Part shown: positions 40,609 to 52,807 of the stretch, in pieces
How positions within the stretch are numbered: the stretch's first letter is position 1
How the letters are laid out: every line of letters begins with the position of its first letter
DNA from: Mobula hypostoma
Taxonomy: Eukaryota
Direction of reading: 5' to 3'
DNA: 64,000 bases
Assembly: GCF_963921235.1 (NCBI RefSeq)
Contig: NC_086118.1
Location: forward strand, 20,462,001 to 20,526,000
Program-made: the position numbers and the translations under genes
The notes under the pieces: model-generated
The model's database searches: none
What the model was told of the DNA's origin: nothing
Seen by the model: the letters and a program-made list of their open reading frames with translations, nothing else

Positions 40609-43600
40609 GGCAGTTGAACGGGGCACAACTGCGTGCAAGTCGGACAGTGAAGCAGTGGGAGTGTTTAAAAGTGAGCAGATTGTGAAGGTTGGTGATTTCT
40701 TCGGCAGTTGAACATGGCACCACTGCACAAGTGCATGTAAGTCGGACCGTGTGGCAGAGGGAGTGTTTGATAGTGAGCAGATTAACGGAGCGGGCGACGG
40801 AATAGTGGGAGACAGAGTAGGAAGGCTTCAGCAAGCAGAGGCTGAGGAAGAGCTTCACTCCAAGTGAGGTAAGGCCGGATAAGTTCCTTTAATAAATCTA
40901 ATTACCTTAAGAGTAGGTAATGGATGCAGCAGTTAAGGCAGTTGAGTGCTCTGTTTGTAGGATGTGAGAAGTCAGGGCGAGCACAATCGTCCCTGATGAC
41001 TACACCTGTAAAAGGTGCATCCAGCTGCAGCTCCAGACAAACCGAGTTAGGGAACTGGAGCTGGATGAACTTCGGATCATTCGGGAGGCAGAAATACACA
41101 GGAGTTACAGAGAGATAGTCACCCCTAAGAGTCAGGAGACAGGTAGCTGGGTGACTGTCAGGAGAGGGAAAGGGAATAGGCAGAATGAGCAGAGCACCCC
41201 TGTGGCTGTTCCCACCAATAATAAGTATATCATTTTGGATACTATTGATGCGGACAACCTACCAGGGACAAGTTGCAGTGGTTGTGTCTCTGGCACAGAG
41301 ACTGGACCCTCAGGTCAGAAGGGAAGGAGGGAAAAGAGGAGAACAGTGGTGATAGGAGATTCGATAGTTAGGAGGACAGATAAGAGGTTCTGTGGAAGAG
41401 ATCAAGAATCCCGGATGGTCTGGTGCCAAGGTCTGTGATATCTCGGATCGAGTCTCAGTATTCTCAAGATGGAGAGTGAGCAGCAGGATGTCGTGGTCCA
41501 TGTAGGGCCAATGACGTGGGTAGGAAGAGTGAGGAGGTCCTGAAAGGCGAGTTTAGGGAGTTAGGCACCAAGTTAACGGACAGGACCTCCAGGATAGCAA
41601 TCTCAGGATTGCTACCAGTGCCACGTGCAGGCGGATTTAGAAATAGTAAGATAGCGCAGATCAACACGTGGCTGAAGACATGGTGCAGGAAGGAAGGCTT
41701 TAGATTTATAGATAATTTCCAGGGAAGATGGGATGGTTTACATCTGAACTTGGGGAAGGGGGACAAATATTCTTGCAGGTAGGTTTGCTAGAGAGACTCC
41801 AGTGGATTTAAACTAGATACAAGGGGGGAGAGGAACCAGAGTGTAGAAACAGATGTAGGGGAGAAGGAAGAAAAAGGAGACAGTAAAGTTGTTTGCATGG
41901 TTAGTAATAAACAGAGAGAAAGAGGTGGAAAATTTCTCAAATGCACTTATTTTAATGCTAGGAGCATTGTAAGAAAGGTGGATGAGCTTAGAGCATGGAT
42001 TGATACCTGGAAGTATGAAGTTGTAGCTATTAGTGAAACATGGTTGCAGGAGGGGTGTGATTGGCAACTAAATATTCCTGGATTTCGTTGCTTCAGGTGT
42101 GATAGAATCGGAGGGACAAGAGGGGGAGGTGGTGCATTGCTTGTCAGAGAAAATATTACAGCGGTGCTCTGGCAGGATAGATTAGAGGGCTTGTCTAGGG
42201 AGGCTATTTGGGTGGAATTGAGGAATGGGAAAGGTGTAGTAACACTTATAGGGGTGTATTATAGACCACCAAATGGGGAGTGAGAATTGGAGGAGCAAAT
42301 TTGTAAGGAGATAGCAGATATTTGTAGTAAGCACAAGGTTGTGATTGTGGAAGATTTTAATTTTCCACAGATAGACTGGGAAGCCTATACTGTAAAAGGG
42401 CTGGATGGTTTGGAGTTTGTAAAATGTGTGCAGGATAGTTTTTTTGCAGCAATACATGGAAGTACCAACTAGAGAAAGGGCAGTGTTGGATCTCCTGTTA
42501 GGGAATGAGCTAGGTCAGGTGACAGAGGTTTGTGTTGGGGAGCACTTCGGGTCCAGTGATCACAATGCCATTAGTTTCAATATAATTATGGAAAAGGATA
42601 GGTCTGGACCCAGGGTTGAGATTTTTGATTGGAGAAAAGGCTAACTTTAAGGAGATGCGAAAGGATTTAGAAGGAGTGGATTGGGACAATTTGTTTTATG
42701 GGAAGAATGTAATAGAGAAATGGAGGTCATTCAAAGGTGAAATTTGGTGGGTACAGAATCTTTATGTTCCTGTTAGGTTGAAAGGAAAGGTTAAAAGTTT
42801 GAGAGAGCCATGGTTTTCAAGGGATATTGGAAACTTGGATCGGAAAAAGAGAGATATCTACAATAAATATAGGCAGCTTGGAGTACTTTATACTTTATTG
42901 TCGCCAAACAATTGATACTAGAACGTACAATCATCACAGCGATACTTGATTCTGGGCTTCCCACTCCCTGGATTACAAATATTAAATATTAAAAATAATA
43001 AAATTAGTAAATATTAAAAATTTAAATTATACGTCATAAATAGAAAATAGAAAAATGGAAAGTAAGTAGTGCAAAAAAACTGAGAGGCAGGTCCGGATAT
43101 TTGGAGGGTACGGCCCAGATCCGGGTCGGGATCAGTTCAGTGGTCTTATCACAGTTGGAAAGAAGCTGTTCCCAAATCTGGCCGTACGAGTCTTCAAGCT
43201 CCTGAACCTTCTCCCGGAGGGAAGAGGGGCGAAAAGTCTGTTGGCTGAGTGGGTCGTGTCCTTGGTTATCCTGGCAGCACTGCTCCGACAGCGTGCGGTG
43301 TAAAGTGAGTCCAAGGACGGAAGATTGGTTTGTGTGATGTGCTGCGCCGTGTTCATGATCTTCTGCAGCTTCTTTCGGTCTTGGACAGGAAAACTTCCAT
43401 ACCAGGTTGTGATGCACCCTAGAAGAATGCTTTCAACAGTGCATCTATAAAAATTAGTGAGGGTTTTAGGGGACGGGCCAAATTTCTTTAGTTTTCTCAG
43501 GAAGTAAAGGTGCTGGTGGGCCTTCTTGGCAGTGAACTCTGCTTGGTTGGACCAAAGTCAGGTCATTTGTGATATTGACCCCGAGGAACTTAAAGCTTTT

Positions 43601-45520
43601 GACCTGTTCCAATGAGGTGCTCAAGGAATATAAAGAATGTTAAAAGAATCTTAAGAAAGAAATTAGAAAAGCTGAAAGAAGCTACGAGGTTGCTTTGGCA
43701 AGTAAGGTGAAAATAAATCCAAAGGGTTTCTACAGTTATATTAATAGCAAAAGGATAGTGAGGGATAAAATTGATCCCTTAGAGAATCAGAGTGAACAGC
43801 TATGTGTGGAGCCAAAAGAGATTGGGGAGATTTTAAACAATTTTTTTTCTTCGGTATTTACTAAGGAGAAGGATATTGAATTGTGTAAGGTAAGGGAAAT
43901 AGACAGGGAAGTTATGAAAACTATGATGATTAAAGAAGAGCAAGTACTGGCGCTTTTAGGGAATATATAAGTGGATAAGTCTCTGGGTCCTGACAGGATA
44001 TTCCCTAGGACCTTGAAGGAAGTTAGTGTGGAAATAGCAGGTGCTCTGACAGAAATATTTTACATGTCATTAAAAACAGGGATGGTGCCAGAGGATTGGC
44101 GTATTGCTCATGTTGTTCCATTGTTTAAAAAGGGTTCTAAGAGTAAACCTAGCAATTATCGGCCTGTGAGTTTGACGTAAGTGGTGGGTAAATTGATGGA
44201 AAGTATTCTCAGAGATGACATTATATAATTATCTGGATAGGCAGGGTCTGATTAGGAACAGTCAACATGGATTTGTGTGTGGAAGGTCATGTTTGACAAA
44301 TCTTATTGAATTTTTTGAAGGGGTTACTAGGAAAGTTGACGAGGGTAAAGCGGTGGATGTTGTCTCTGTGGACTTCAGTAAGGCCTTTGACAAGCTTCCA
44401 CACGGAAGGTTAGTTAGGAAGGTTCAATCATTAGGTATTAATATTGAAGCAGTAAAATGGATTCAGCAGTGGCTGGATGGGAGATGCCAGAGAGTAGTGG
44501 TGGATAACTGTCAGATTGGAGGCCGGTGACTAGTGGTGTGCCTCAGGGATCTGTACTGGGCCCAATGTTGTTTGTCATACACATTAATGATCTGGATGAT
44601 GGGGTGGTAAATTGCATTAGTAAATATGCAGATGATACTAAGATAGGTGGAGTTGTGGATAACGAAGTAGGTTTTCAAAGCTTGCAGAGAGATTTAGGCC
44701 AGTTAGAAGAGTGGGCTGAAAGATGGCAGATGGAGTTGAATGCTGATAATGTGAGGTGCTGCATTTTGGTAGGACTCATCAAAATAGGACATACATGGTA
44801 AATGGTAGGGCATTGAAGAATGCAGTAGAACAGAGGGATCTAGGAATAATGGTGCATAGTTCCCTGAAGGTGGAATCTCATGTGGACAGGGTGGTGAAGA
44901 AAGCTTTTGGTATGCTGGCCTTTATAAATCAGAGCATTGAGTATAGGAGTTGGGGTGTAATGTTAAAATTTTACAAGGCATTGGTAAGGCCAAATTTGGA
45001 GTATTGTGCACAGTTCTGGTCACCGAATTATAGGAAAGTTGTCAACAAAATAGAAAGAGTACAGAGAAGATTTACTAGAATGTTACCTGGGTTTCATCAC
45101 CTAAATTACAGAGAAAGGTTGAACAAGTTGGGTCTTTATTTTTTTGGAGCGTAGAAGGTCGAAGGGGGACTTGATAGAGGTATTTAAAATCATGAGGGGG
45201 ATAGATAGCGTTGACGTGGATAGGTTTTTTCCATTGAGAGTGGGGAAGATTCAAACAAGAGGACATGAGTTGAGAGTTAAAGGGCAAAAGTTTAGGGGTA
45301 ACCAGAGAGTGGTAGCTGTGTGGAACGAGCTTCCAGCAGAAGTGGTTGAGGCAGGTTCGATGTTGTCATTTAAAGTTAAATTGGATAGCTGTATGGACAG
45401 GAAAGGAATGGAGGTTATGGGCTGAGTGCAGGTCGGTGGGACTAAGTGAGAGTAAGAGTTTGGCACGGACTAGAAGGGCCGAGATGGCCTGTTATTGTGC
45501 TGTAATTGTTATATGGTTAT
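40609..45520 (+). mobile_element. Near full-length CR1 LINE (5'UTR, ORF1, ORF2, 3' tail), frameshifted
   Basis: ORF1 from ATG 40920 with CxxC...CxxC, a leucine zipper and SGNH/GDSL esterase motifs (VVIGDSIVR, VHVG.NDV, WDGLHLN). ORF2 has APE (YFNARSI, AISETWL, GVYYRPP, SDHNAI) and RT (NYRPVSLT, DFSKAFD, GVPQGSVLGP, YADDTK). The 3' tail ends at 45520, where the older host CR1 resumes (TGEVPED). Confidence 0.92.
42886..43610 (-). mobile_element. Rex1/Babar-like 3' fragment nested in CR1 ORF2
   Basis: LPSGRRFRSLKTRTARFGNSFFPTVIR and FKFLGVNITNDL.W remnants, with an (ATAAAGT)n tail. The host frame rejoins as GGAGTA|AATGAG (G-V-N-E). Confidence 0.85.
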
Positions 45521-46273
45521 AACGGGAGGTCCCAGAGGACGGGGGTGGGGGGGAGGGGGTAGCAAATATTACGCCTGTTCAAGAAAGTAAATGAGGATAA
45601 TCCAGATATTTATTGGCCATTGAGCCTTACTTCAGTGATAGGGAAGCTATTGGAGAGGATACTGAAGGACAGGATTTATGTACATTTGGAAAGGTTCAAT
45701 CAGCATGACTTTTTGCAGTGCAGGTCATGCCTTACAAACACAATAGTTTTTTTTTGAAGTGACAAATAAGGCTAGGGCAGAAATTTGATAACGTCCCCCG
45801 TGGTAGATTGACTCAAGATAAAAATGCTTGGCGTCCAGGGCAAATTGCATATTTGGACTCAGAACTGGCTTGCCCATAGACTCAGGATGGGAGGCTGTTT
45901 TTTTTAGCTTGGAGGTTTGTGACCAGTGGTGTTCTGCGAGGATTGGTGCTGGGACATTTGTTGTGATGGATATCAGTGATTTAGATGAAAATGAAGATGG
46001 GTAAATACCAACATTGGTGGAGTTACAGATATGGTGGAGAAGTGGCAGATAGAAATAAATGTGGGCGTGCGTGAGGTGCTGCACTTTGGGATGACATGAA
46101 AGAAAAAAATAAATAGGTAATGGTAAGGTCCCTTAATGGCAGTGAGGTTCAGAGGGACTTTGGAATCCAGGTCCATGGTTCACTGAATGTGGCTGCATGT
46201 GGATAAGATAGTAAAGTTTGTGTTCATTGTTAGGGGTGTTGGGTATAAGAGTAAGGAAGTCATGCTGCAGCTA
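45521..46273 (+). mobile_element. Old host CR1, right part
   Basis: Continues with GEVPED, PLFKK, RP.SLTSVIGKLLE, CEVLHFG and EVMLQLY remnants, then breaks at a TA followed by a Tc1 end. Confidence 0.7.
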
Positions 46274-46690
46274 TAGTGCCTTGGAAAAAGAATTCAGCCC
46301 TCACAATTTTCACACTTTCTAAATTTGGAATATTGAAGTAGGATTTTTGAGCTTATCTACGAAACATTGTGCATCATGTCAAATCAAAAGAAAAATTCCA
46401 AAACCTGTCAACAATTTACTAAAAGTTAAAAACCAAAATTGTGAGGCTGAAAAAGTATTCATCCCTTTTGTAATAACTATGCTGACTTTGCTCAGGTGTA
46501 ATATATTACCTTACCAACTCCACAATTTGTTGATGTTAAAAAAAAACACTGGAGGATCATCTGTTTTTGACAAATTCATAAAAGTACCCCCTTTCTCTGT
46601 AGGGTTAACAGTGTGTTAGATTTTCAACAGACCAAAGCAAAATGAAGGGAAAAAAAAGAGCACTCAAAACAAATCGGGGAAATTATAGGT
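46274..46690 (+). mobile_element. Tc1-family 5' end fragment (copy A)
   Basis: TAGTGCCTTGGAAAAAGAATTCAGCCC terminus, inner DR AAAAGTATTCATCCC at ~46451-46465, and a transposase start remnant. Inverted homolog at 61726-62004 plus 55833-55968. Confidence 0.75.
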
Positions 46691-46740
46691 TACCAGTAGT
46701 AGTGGAATCAAGCAGTTTGTTGGAGTTTATAAGGCTTTTG

Positions 46741-47300
46741 AATTGAATTGAGCTTATTACTTATATCCTTCATATACGTGAAGAGTAAAAATCTTTGTTA
46801 CATCTCCGACTAAATGTGCAATTTATAGTAATTTGTATTAAAAGTATGTACAACAGGACAGTCAGTATAACATAGAAATATAATTGTATCAGCATGAATT
46901 AATCAGTCTGATGGCCTGGTGGAAGAAGCTGTCCCGGAGCCTTTTGGTGCTGGTTTTTATGCTGTGGTGCCATTTCCCTGATAGCTGCTGGAACAGTTTG
47001 TGGTTGGGGTGACTCGAGTCCCCAATGATCCTTCAGCCCCTTTTTACAGACCTGTCTTTGTAAATGTCCTGAATAGTGGGAAGTTCACATCTACAGATGT
47101 GCTGGGTTGTCCGCACCATTCTCTGCAGAGTCCGGCGATTGAGGGAAGTACAATGATACAGCCAGTCAGGATGCTCTCAATTGTGCCCCTGTAGAAAGTT
47201 TTTAGGATTTGGGGGCCCATACTAAACTACTTCAAACTCAGGTGAAAAAGGCACTGTTGTGCTTTTTTCACCACACAGCCAGTACGTACAGACAACATGA
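46741..47300 (-). mobile_element. Rex1/Babar-like 3' fragment
   Basis: (AATTC)n tail at 46741-46751. Reverse-strand RLRDSFFHQAIRL and KTFYRGTIESILTGCI remnants. Confidence 0.75.
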
Positions 47301-47749
47301 GATGGACAAATGCAGGAAATGTGGACAGCAGCCAAGAGGAGAACATGGGAGTATTGGCATCAAAATCAGCACAACATCATGAGTTAAATAGTGTGTCCAG
47401 TGTTGAACTGTTCTATTTTTTAATAAAAGTTAATGTTCAACAAACAACTTGGCCTTGATTGCAAAAGGATTTGAAAACAAGAGCAGTGATGCCTTGCTCC
47501 AATTGTAGAGTCCTGGTGAATCCATCCTAGAACATATACATTCTTATAGGGATAGAAAACCTGAATGTAAAGTGATACACAGCATGGAGTGAATTGTGCA
47601 TACAAACAAATCAGACAAGTCTGTGCACTAGAAGATTTGAAAGGGACAAAATGTGCATTGTTTGCAACTTGTGTGCTTGACGGGATAGATGTTGAGTCAA
47701 TGCTTCACTGGCTAGAAGAAAGCAGTCTTCTGATAAGGAGCTAGCCAGT

Positions 47750-49514
47750 ATAGAAACATAGAAAATAGGTGCAGGAGTAGGCCATTCGGCCCTTTGAGCC
47801 TGCACCGCCATTTATTATGATCATGGCTGATCCTCCAACTCAGAACCCCGCCCCAGCCTTCCCTCCATACCCCGACCCCCGTAGCCACAAGGGCCATATC
47901 TAACTCCCTCTTAAATATAGCCAATGAACTGGCCTCAACTGTTTCCTGTGGCAGAGAATTCCACAGATTCACCACTCTCTGTGTGAAGAAGTTTTTCCTA
48001 ATCTCGGTCCTAAAAGGCTTCCCCTCTATCCTCAAACTGTGGCCCCTCGTTCTGGACTTCCCCAACATCGGGAACAATCTTCCTGCATCTAGCCTGTCCA
48101 ATCCCTTTAGGATCTTATACGTTTCAATCAGATCCCCCCTCAATCTTCTAAATTCCAACGAGTACAAGCCCAGTTCATCCAGTCTTTCTTCATATGAAAG
48201 TCCTGCCATCCCAGGAATCAATCTGGTGAACCTTCTTTGTACTCCCTCTATGGCAAGGATGTCTTTCCTCAGATTAGGGGACCAAAACTGCACACAATAC
48301 TCCAGGTGTGGTCTCACCAAGGCCTTGTACAACTGCAGTAGTACCTCCCTGCTCCTGTACTCGAATCCTCTCGCTATAAATGCCAGCATACCATTCGCCT
48401 TTTTCACCACCTGCTGTACCTGCATGCCCACTTTCAATGACTGGTGTATAATGACACCCAGGTCTCGTTGCACCTCCCCTTTTCCTCATCGGCCACCATT
48501 CAGATAATAATCTGTTTTCCTATTTTTGCCACCAAAGTGGATAACTTCACATTTATGCACATTAAATTGCATCTGCCATGAATTTGCCCACTCACCCAAC
48601 CTATCCAAGTCACCCTGCATCCTCTTAGCATCCTCCTCACAGCTAACACTGCCACCCAGCTTCGTGTCATCCACAAACTTGGAGATGCTGCATTTAATTC
48701 CCTCATCCAAGTCATTAATATATATTATAAACAACTGGGGTCCCAGCACTGAGCCTTGCGGTACCCCACTAGTCACTGCGCCTGCCATTCTTAAAAGGTC
48801 CCGTTTATTCCCACTCTTTGCTTCCTGTCTGCTAACCAATTCTCCACCCACACCAATACCTTACCCCCAATACCGTGTGCTTTAAGTTTGCACACTAATC
48901 CCCTGTGTGGGACCTTGTCAAAAGCCTTTTGAAAATCCAAATATACCACATCAACTGGTTCTCCCCTATCCACTCTACTAGTTACATCCTCAAAAAATTC
49001 TATGAGATTCGTCAGACATGATTTTCCTTTCACAAATCCATGCTGACTTTGTCCGATCATTTCACCGCTCTCCAAATGTGCTGTTATCACATCCTTGATA
49101 ACTGACTCCAGCAGTTTCCCCACCACCGACGTTAGGCTAACCGGTCTATAATTCCCCGGTTTCTCTCTCCCTCCTTTTTTAAAAAGTGGAGTTACATTAG
49201 CCACCCTCCAATCCTCAGGAACTAGTCCAGAATCTAACGAGTTTTGAAAAATTATCACTAATGCATCCACTATTTCTTGGGCTACTTCCTTAAGCACTCT
49301 AGGATGCAGACCATCTGGCCCTGGGGATTTATCTGCCTTCAATCCCTTCAATTTACCTAACACCACTTCCCTACTAACATGCATTTCACTCAGTTCCTCC
49401 ATCCCACTGGACCCTCTGTCCCCTACTATTTCTGGAAGATTATTTATGTCCTCCTTAGTGAAGACAGAACCAAAGTAATTATTCAATTGGTCTGCCATGT
49501 CCTTGCTCCCCATA
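47750..49514 (-). mobile_element. Relatively young 5'-truncated CR1 LINE (RT region)
   Basis: Three long overlapping ORFs (48791-49555, 48486-48851, 47712-48473) cover RT with few frameshifts (KSPGPDGLHPRVLKE, DFQKAFDKVPH, GVPQGSVLGP, RPHLEYCVQFWSP). (TTTCTATG)n tail at 47750. Inserted into an older + strand CR1 (47420-47749 / 49515-49690). Confidence 0.92.
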
Positions 49515-50366
49515 TGGGCACAAAATTCACAGAGTAGTGAATCCTTCAACTTCACTGTCCAAGAGAGTCATGAAGCTTATTCACTGAGCATCTTCAAAAC
49601 AGATTGTAGATATGGTATCGATGGGAGATGGGTTAGTGCAGGAAAGTGGTAAAGGTGAATCACGGAGCGAGCACAAGTGTCTAAAAAAAGCTTAATTATG
49701 CTACATGTGTTTAAAACAAAATACTATACAGCCCTTAAAGTGCAAGTTAATAACTGTATTAATCAAACTTGATAAGATTCTAAAAGTTCTGTGGTTTGGG
49801 TAGGTAATTAACAAATTATGTTAGGTCATGTGGAGGAAGGAAAAGGGACAAGTTGGAACAATCTTGCCTTAGTGGTGATCTTAGATGATAGCAAAACAAG
49901 ACAGCACATGTGATTCAGCCAAATCTGGTGTTGGTGGTTTCAAGCCAAAATAGGATCACAGTGGATAAATTGGCAAGAAAATTATATTTTTAGTGAGACA
50001 ACAAAGTATGGAGCAATGAAGTAGCTGAGGAAATAAACAGCTGCAGAAGTGAATTTGTAGTAAGTGAAGTGACAAGTAATCACCTAGTTACACCAATTTT
50101 TTTTTTACAGGTGCAGCTTGGTAACAGGCCCTTCAGGCCCAATGACCCCACATGGCTCAATTATACTCATGTGACTAATTAACCTATTTACTGGTGCTGT
50201 AATAGCTAACCCCCATGCTCCTGTGCTACCCCTATTGTTCAACACAGTGCTGGAAAAGCAAGGTAACTGTTATTTTGTGGGTGGCAGTCTTTAAATGAAA
50301 GAATTGCACTTGAAGTGAAGGCTACAACAGTCATCTAACTCCTGTCCTCACTTGCACCACAGAAAC

Positions 50367-50647
50367 CAGGGAGTTAAAAAGTATTCAGCCCCCAACTCTT
50401 TGTTCACATAAATGAGTATTACAAATAGGGATTTGGATCAATTTAACTGAGAATTTTTATTTGTGTATCATATATTTTTTTTCCCACAGTGGAGCACAAA
50501 AAACAGGGAAAATTATAAGGCTCAAAAACTTAAATATTAGCTGTTCAAAAATATTCATTGCCCTTTGCTCAGTACTTAGTTGAACACTTCTCATAAGTAT
50601 TACAGCCAATAGTCTTTTTGAACAAGTCCCTATTAGATTTGCACATT
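50367..50647 (-). mobile_element. Tc1-family 3' end (transposase C-terminus plus right TIR), probably copy B
   Basis: Minus-strand ECANLIGTCSKRLLAVI...STKY-like C-terminus. DR core AAAAAGTATTCAGCCCC at 50376-50392 and inner DR at ~50545-50563. Confidence 0.75.
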
Positions 50648-52807
50648 CATAGAACATAGAAATCTGCAGGACATTACAGGCCCTTCAATCCACGCTGTTG
50701 TGCCAACCATGTAACCTACTCTAGAAACTGCCTAAAATTTCCCTAGCACATAGCCCTCTATTTTTCTAAGCTCCATGTACCTATCTAAGGCTCTGAAACG
50801 ATCTTGTATCCGCTTCCATCAGCACCGCCGGTAGTGCATTCCACACACCCACCACACTCTGCGTGGAAAAACTTACCCCTGACATCCCCTTTGTACTATT
50901 TCCGAGCACCTTAAAACTATGCCCCTTGTGTTGGCCATTTCAGCCCTGGGAAAAAGCCTCTGGCTATCCACACGATCAGTCCCCTCATCATCTTATACAC
51001 CTCTATCAGGTCACCTCTCATCCTCCACTGCTCCAAGGAGAAAGGGCCAAATTCACTTAATCTGTTCTCATAAGGTATGCTCTCCAATTCAGGCAACATC
51101 CTTGTAAATCTCCTCTGTCCTCTCTATGGAATCCACATCCTTCTTATAGTGCAGTGGCCAGAACTGAACATAATACTCCAAGTAGGTCTGAGCAAGGTCT
51201 TGTATGGCTGTAACATTACCTTACGGTTGATGAATGCCAACGCACCATATGCCTTCTTAACAACACTGTCAAGCTGCACAGCAGCTTTGCGTGTCCTATG
51301 AACATGAACCCCAAGATCTATCAGATCCTCCGCACTGCCAAGAATCTTGCCATTAATATTACATTCTGTCTTCAAATTTGACCTACCTAAATGAACCACT
51401 TCACATTTATCTGGGTTAAAGTCCATCTGCCACTTCTCAGCCCAGTTCTGCATCCTATTGGTGTCCCGTTGTAACCTCTTGACAGCCCTCCAGACTATTC
51501 ACAACACCACTGACGTTTGTCATCAGCAAACTTACTAACCCACCTTTCTACTGCTTTTTCCAGGTCATTTATAAAAATCACGAAGAGGAGGGGTCCCAGA
51601 ACAGATCCCTGCGGATCACCACTGGTCACCGACCTCCATGCAGAATACGGACCATCCACAACCACCCTGTGCCTTTTGTGGGCAAACCAATTCTAGATCC
51701 ACAAAGCAAGGTCTCCTTGGATCCCATGCCTCCTTACTTTCTGAAGGAGACTTGCATGGAGAACCTTATCAGATGTCTTACTCTAATCTATATACACTAC
51801 ATCCACTGCTCCACCTTTATCAATGTGTTTTGTTACTTCCTCAAAGAATTCAATCAGGCTCCTAAGGCACAACCTGCCATTGACAGAGTCATACTGACTA
51901 TCCCTAATCAGGTTATGTCTCTCCAAATGCTCTTAAATCCTGCCTCTCAGGATCTTCTCCAACAACTTGCCCATTACTGAAGTCAGACTCACTGGTCTAG
52001 AATTTCCTCGGTTATCTCTACTCCCTTTCTTGAACAGGGGAGCAACATTTGCAAACCTTCAGTACTTCTCCAGTCCCTAGTGATGACACAAAGATCATTG
52101 CAAGAGGCTCAGCAATCTCAACCCTCGCTTCCCACAGTAGCATGGGATATATCTCATCCGGTCCCAGTAACTTATCTAAATTAATGCTTTTCAAAAGCTC
52201 CAACACATCCTCATTCTTAATGTTCAATCTGCTGTAAGTCATCCTCACCACTACCAGGGTCTTTTTCCTTGGTGAATACTGCATTAAAGTATTCGTTAAG
52301 TATCTCCGTAAGCTTCTCCGACTCCATTCATATGTTTCCACTATCGCACCTGATTGGTCCTATTCTCACACAGCTCATCCTCTTGCTCTTCACATACTTG
52401 TAGAATGCCTTGGGATTTTCCTTAATCCTGCTCACCAAGGCATTCTCATAGCCCCTTCTGGCACTCCTAATTCCATTCTTAAGGTCGTCCCTAGCAACCT
52501 TGTAATTTTCTAGAGCTCTAACAGGACATAGTTTCTTGAACCTTTCATAAGCTTAACTAAATTTTCCACATCCTTTGAACACCATGGTTCTTTAACCCTA
52601 CCATCCTTTTCCTGTCTCAATGGAACATACCTATGCAGAATGCCATGCAAATATTCCCTGAACATTTGCCACATTTCTGCCATGCATTTCCCTGAGAACA
52701 TCTAATCCTAATTTACGCTCCCAAGTTCCTGCCTAATAGCATCATATTTTCCCCCTACCCCAATTAACTCTTTTCCCATATTGTCTGCTTCTATCCCTCT
52801 CCAGCAC
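50648..52807 (-). mobile_element. CR1 LINE (RT to linker region), inserted in Tc1 copy B
   Basis: (TTCTATG)n tail at 50648. ORF fragments NWAEKWQMDFNPDKCEVVHLG, LGPDEIYPMLLWEARVEIAEPL and KEPWCSKDV. Confidence 0.85.

Noticed and set aside
40609..40790. Direct repeats as a CRISPR-like array or LTR pair
   Set aside because: Only two adjacent, diverged ~94-bp units at a LINE 5' end in a vertebrate genome, with no spacers, cas genes or TG..CA/PBS features.
47983..48885. Long + strand ORFs (174 aa and 119 aa)
   Set aside because: Antisense shadows of the minus-strand CR1 RT frame.
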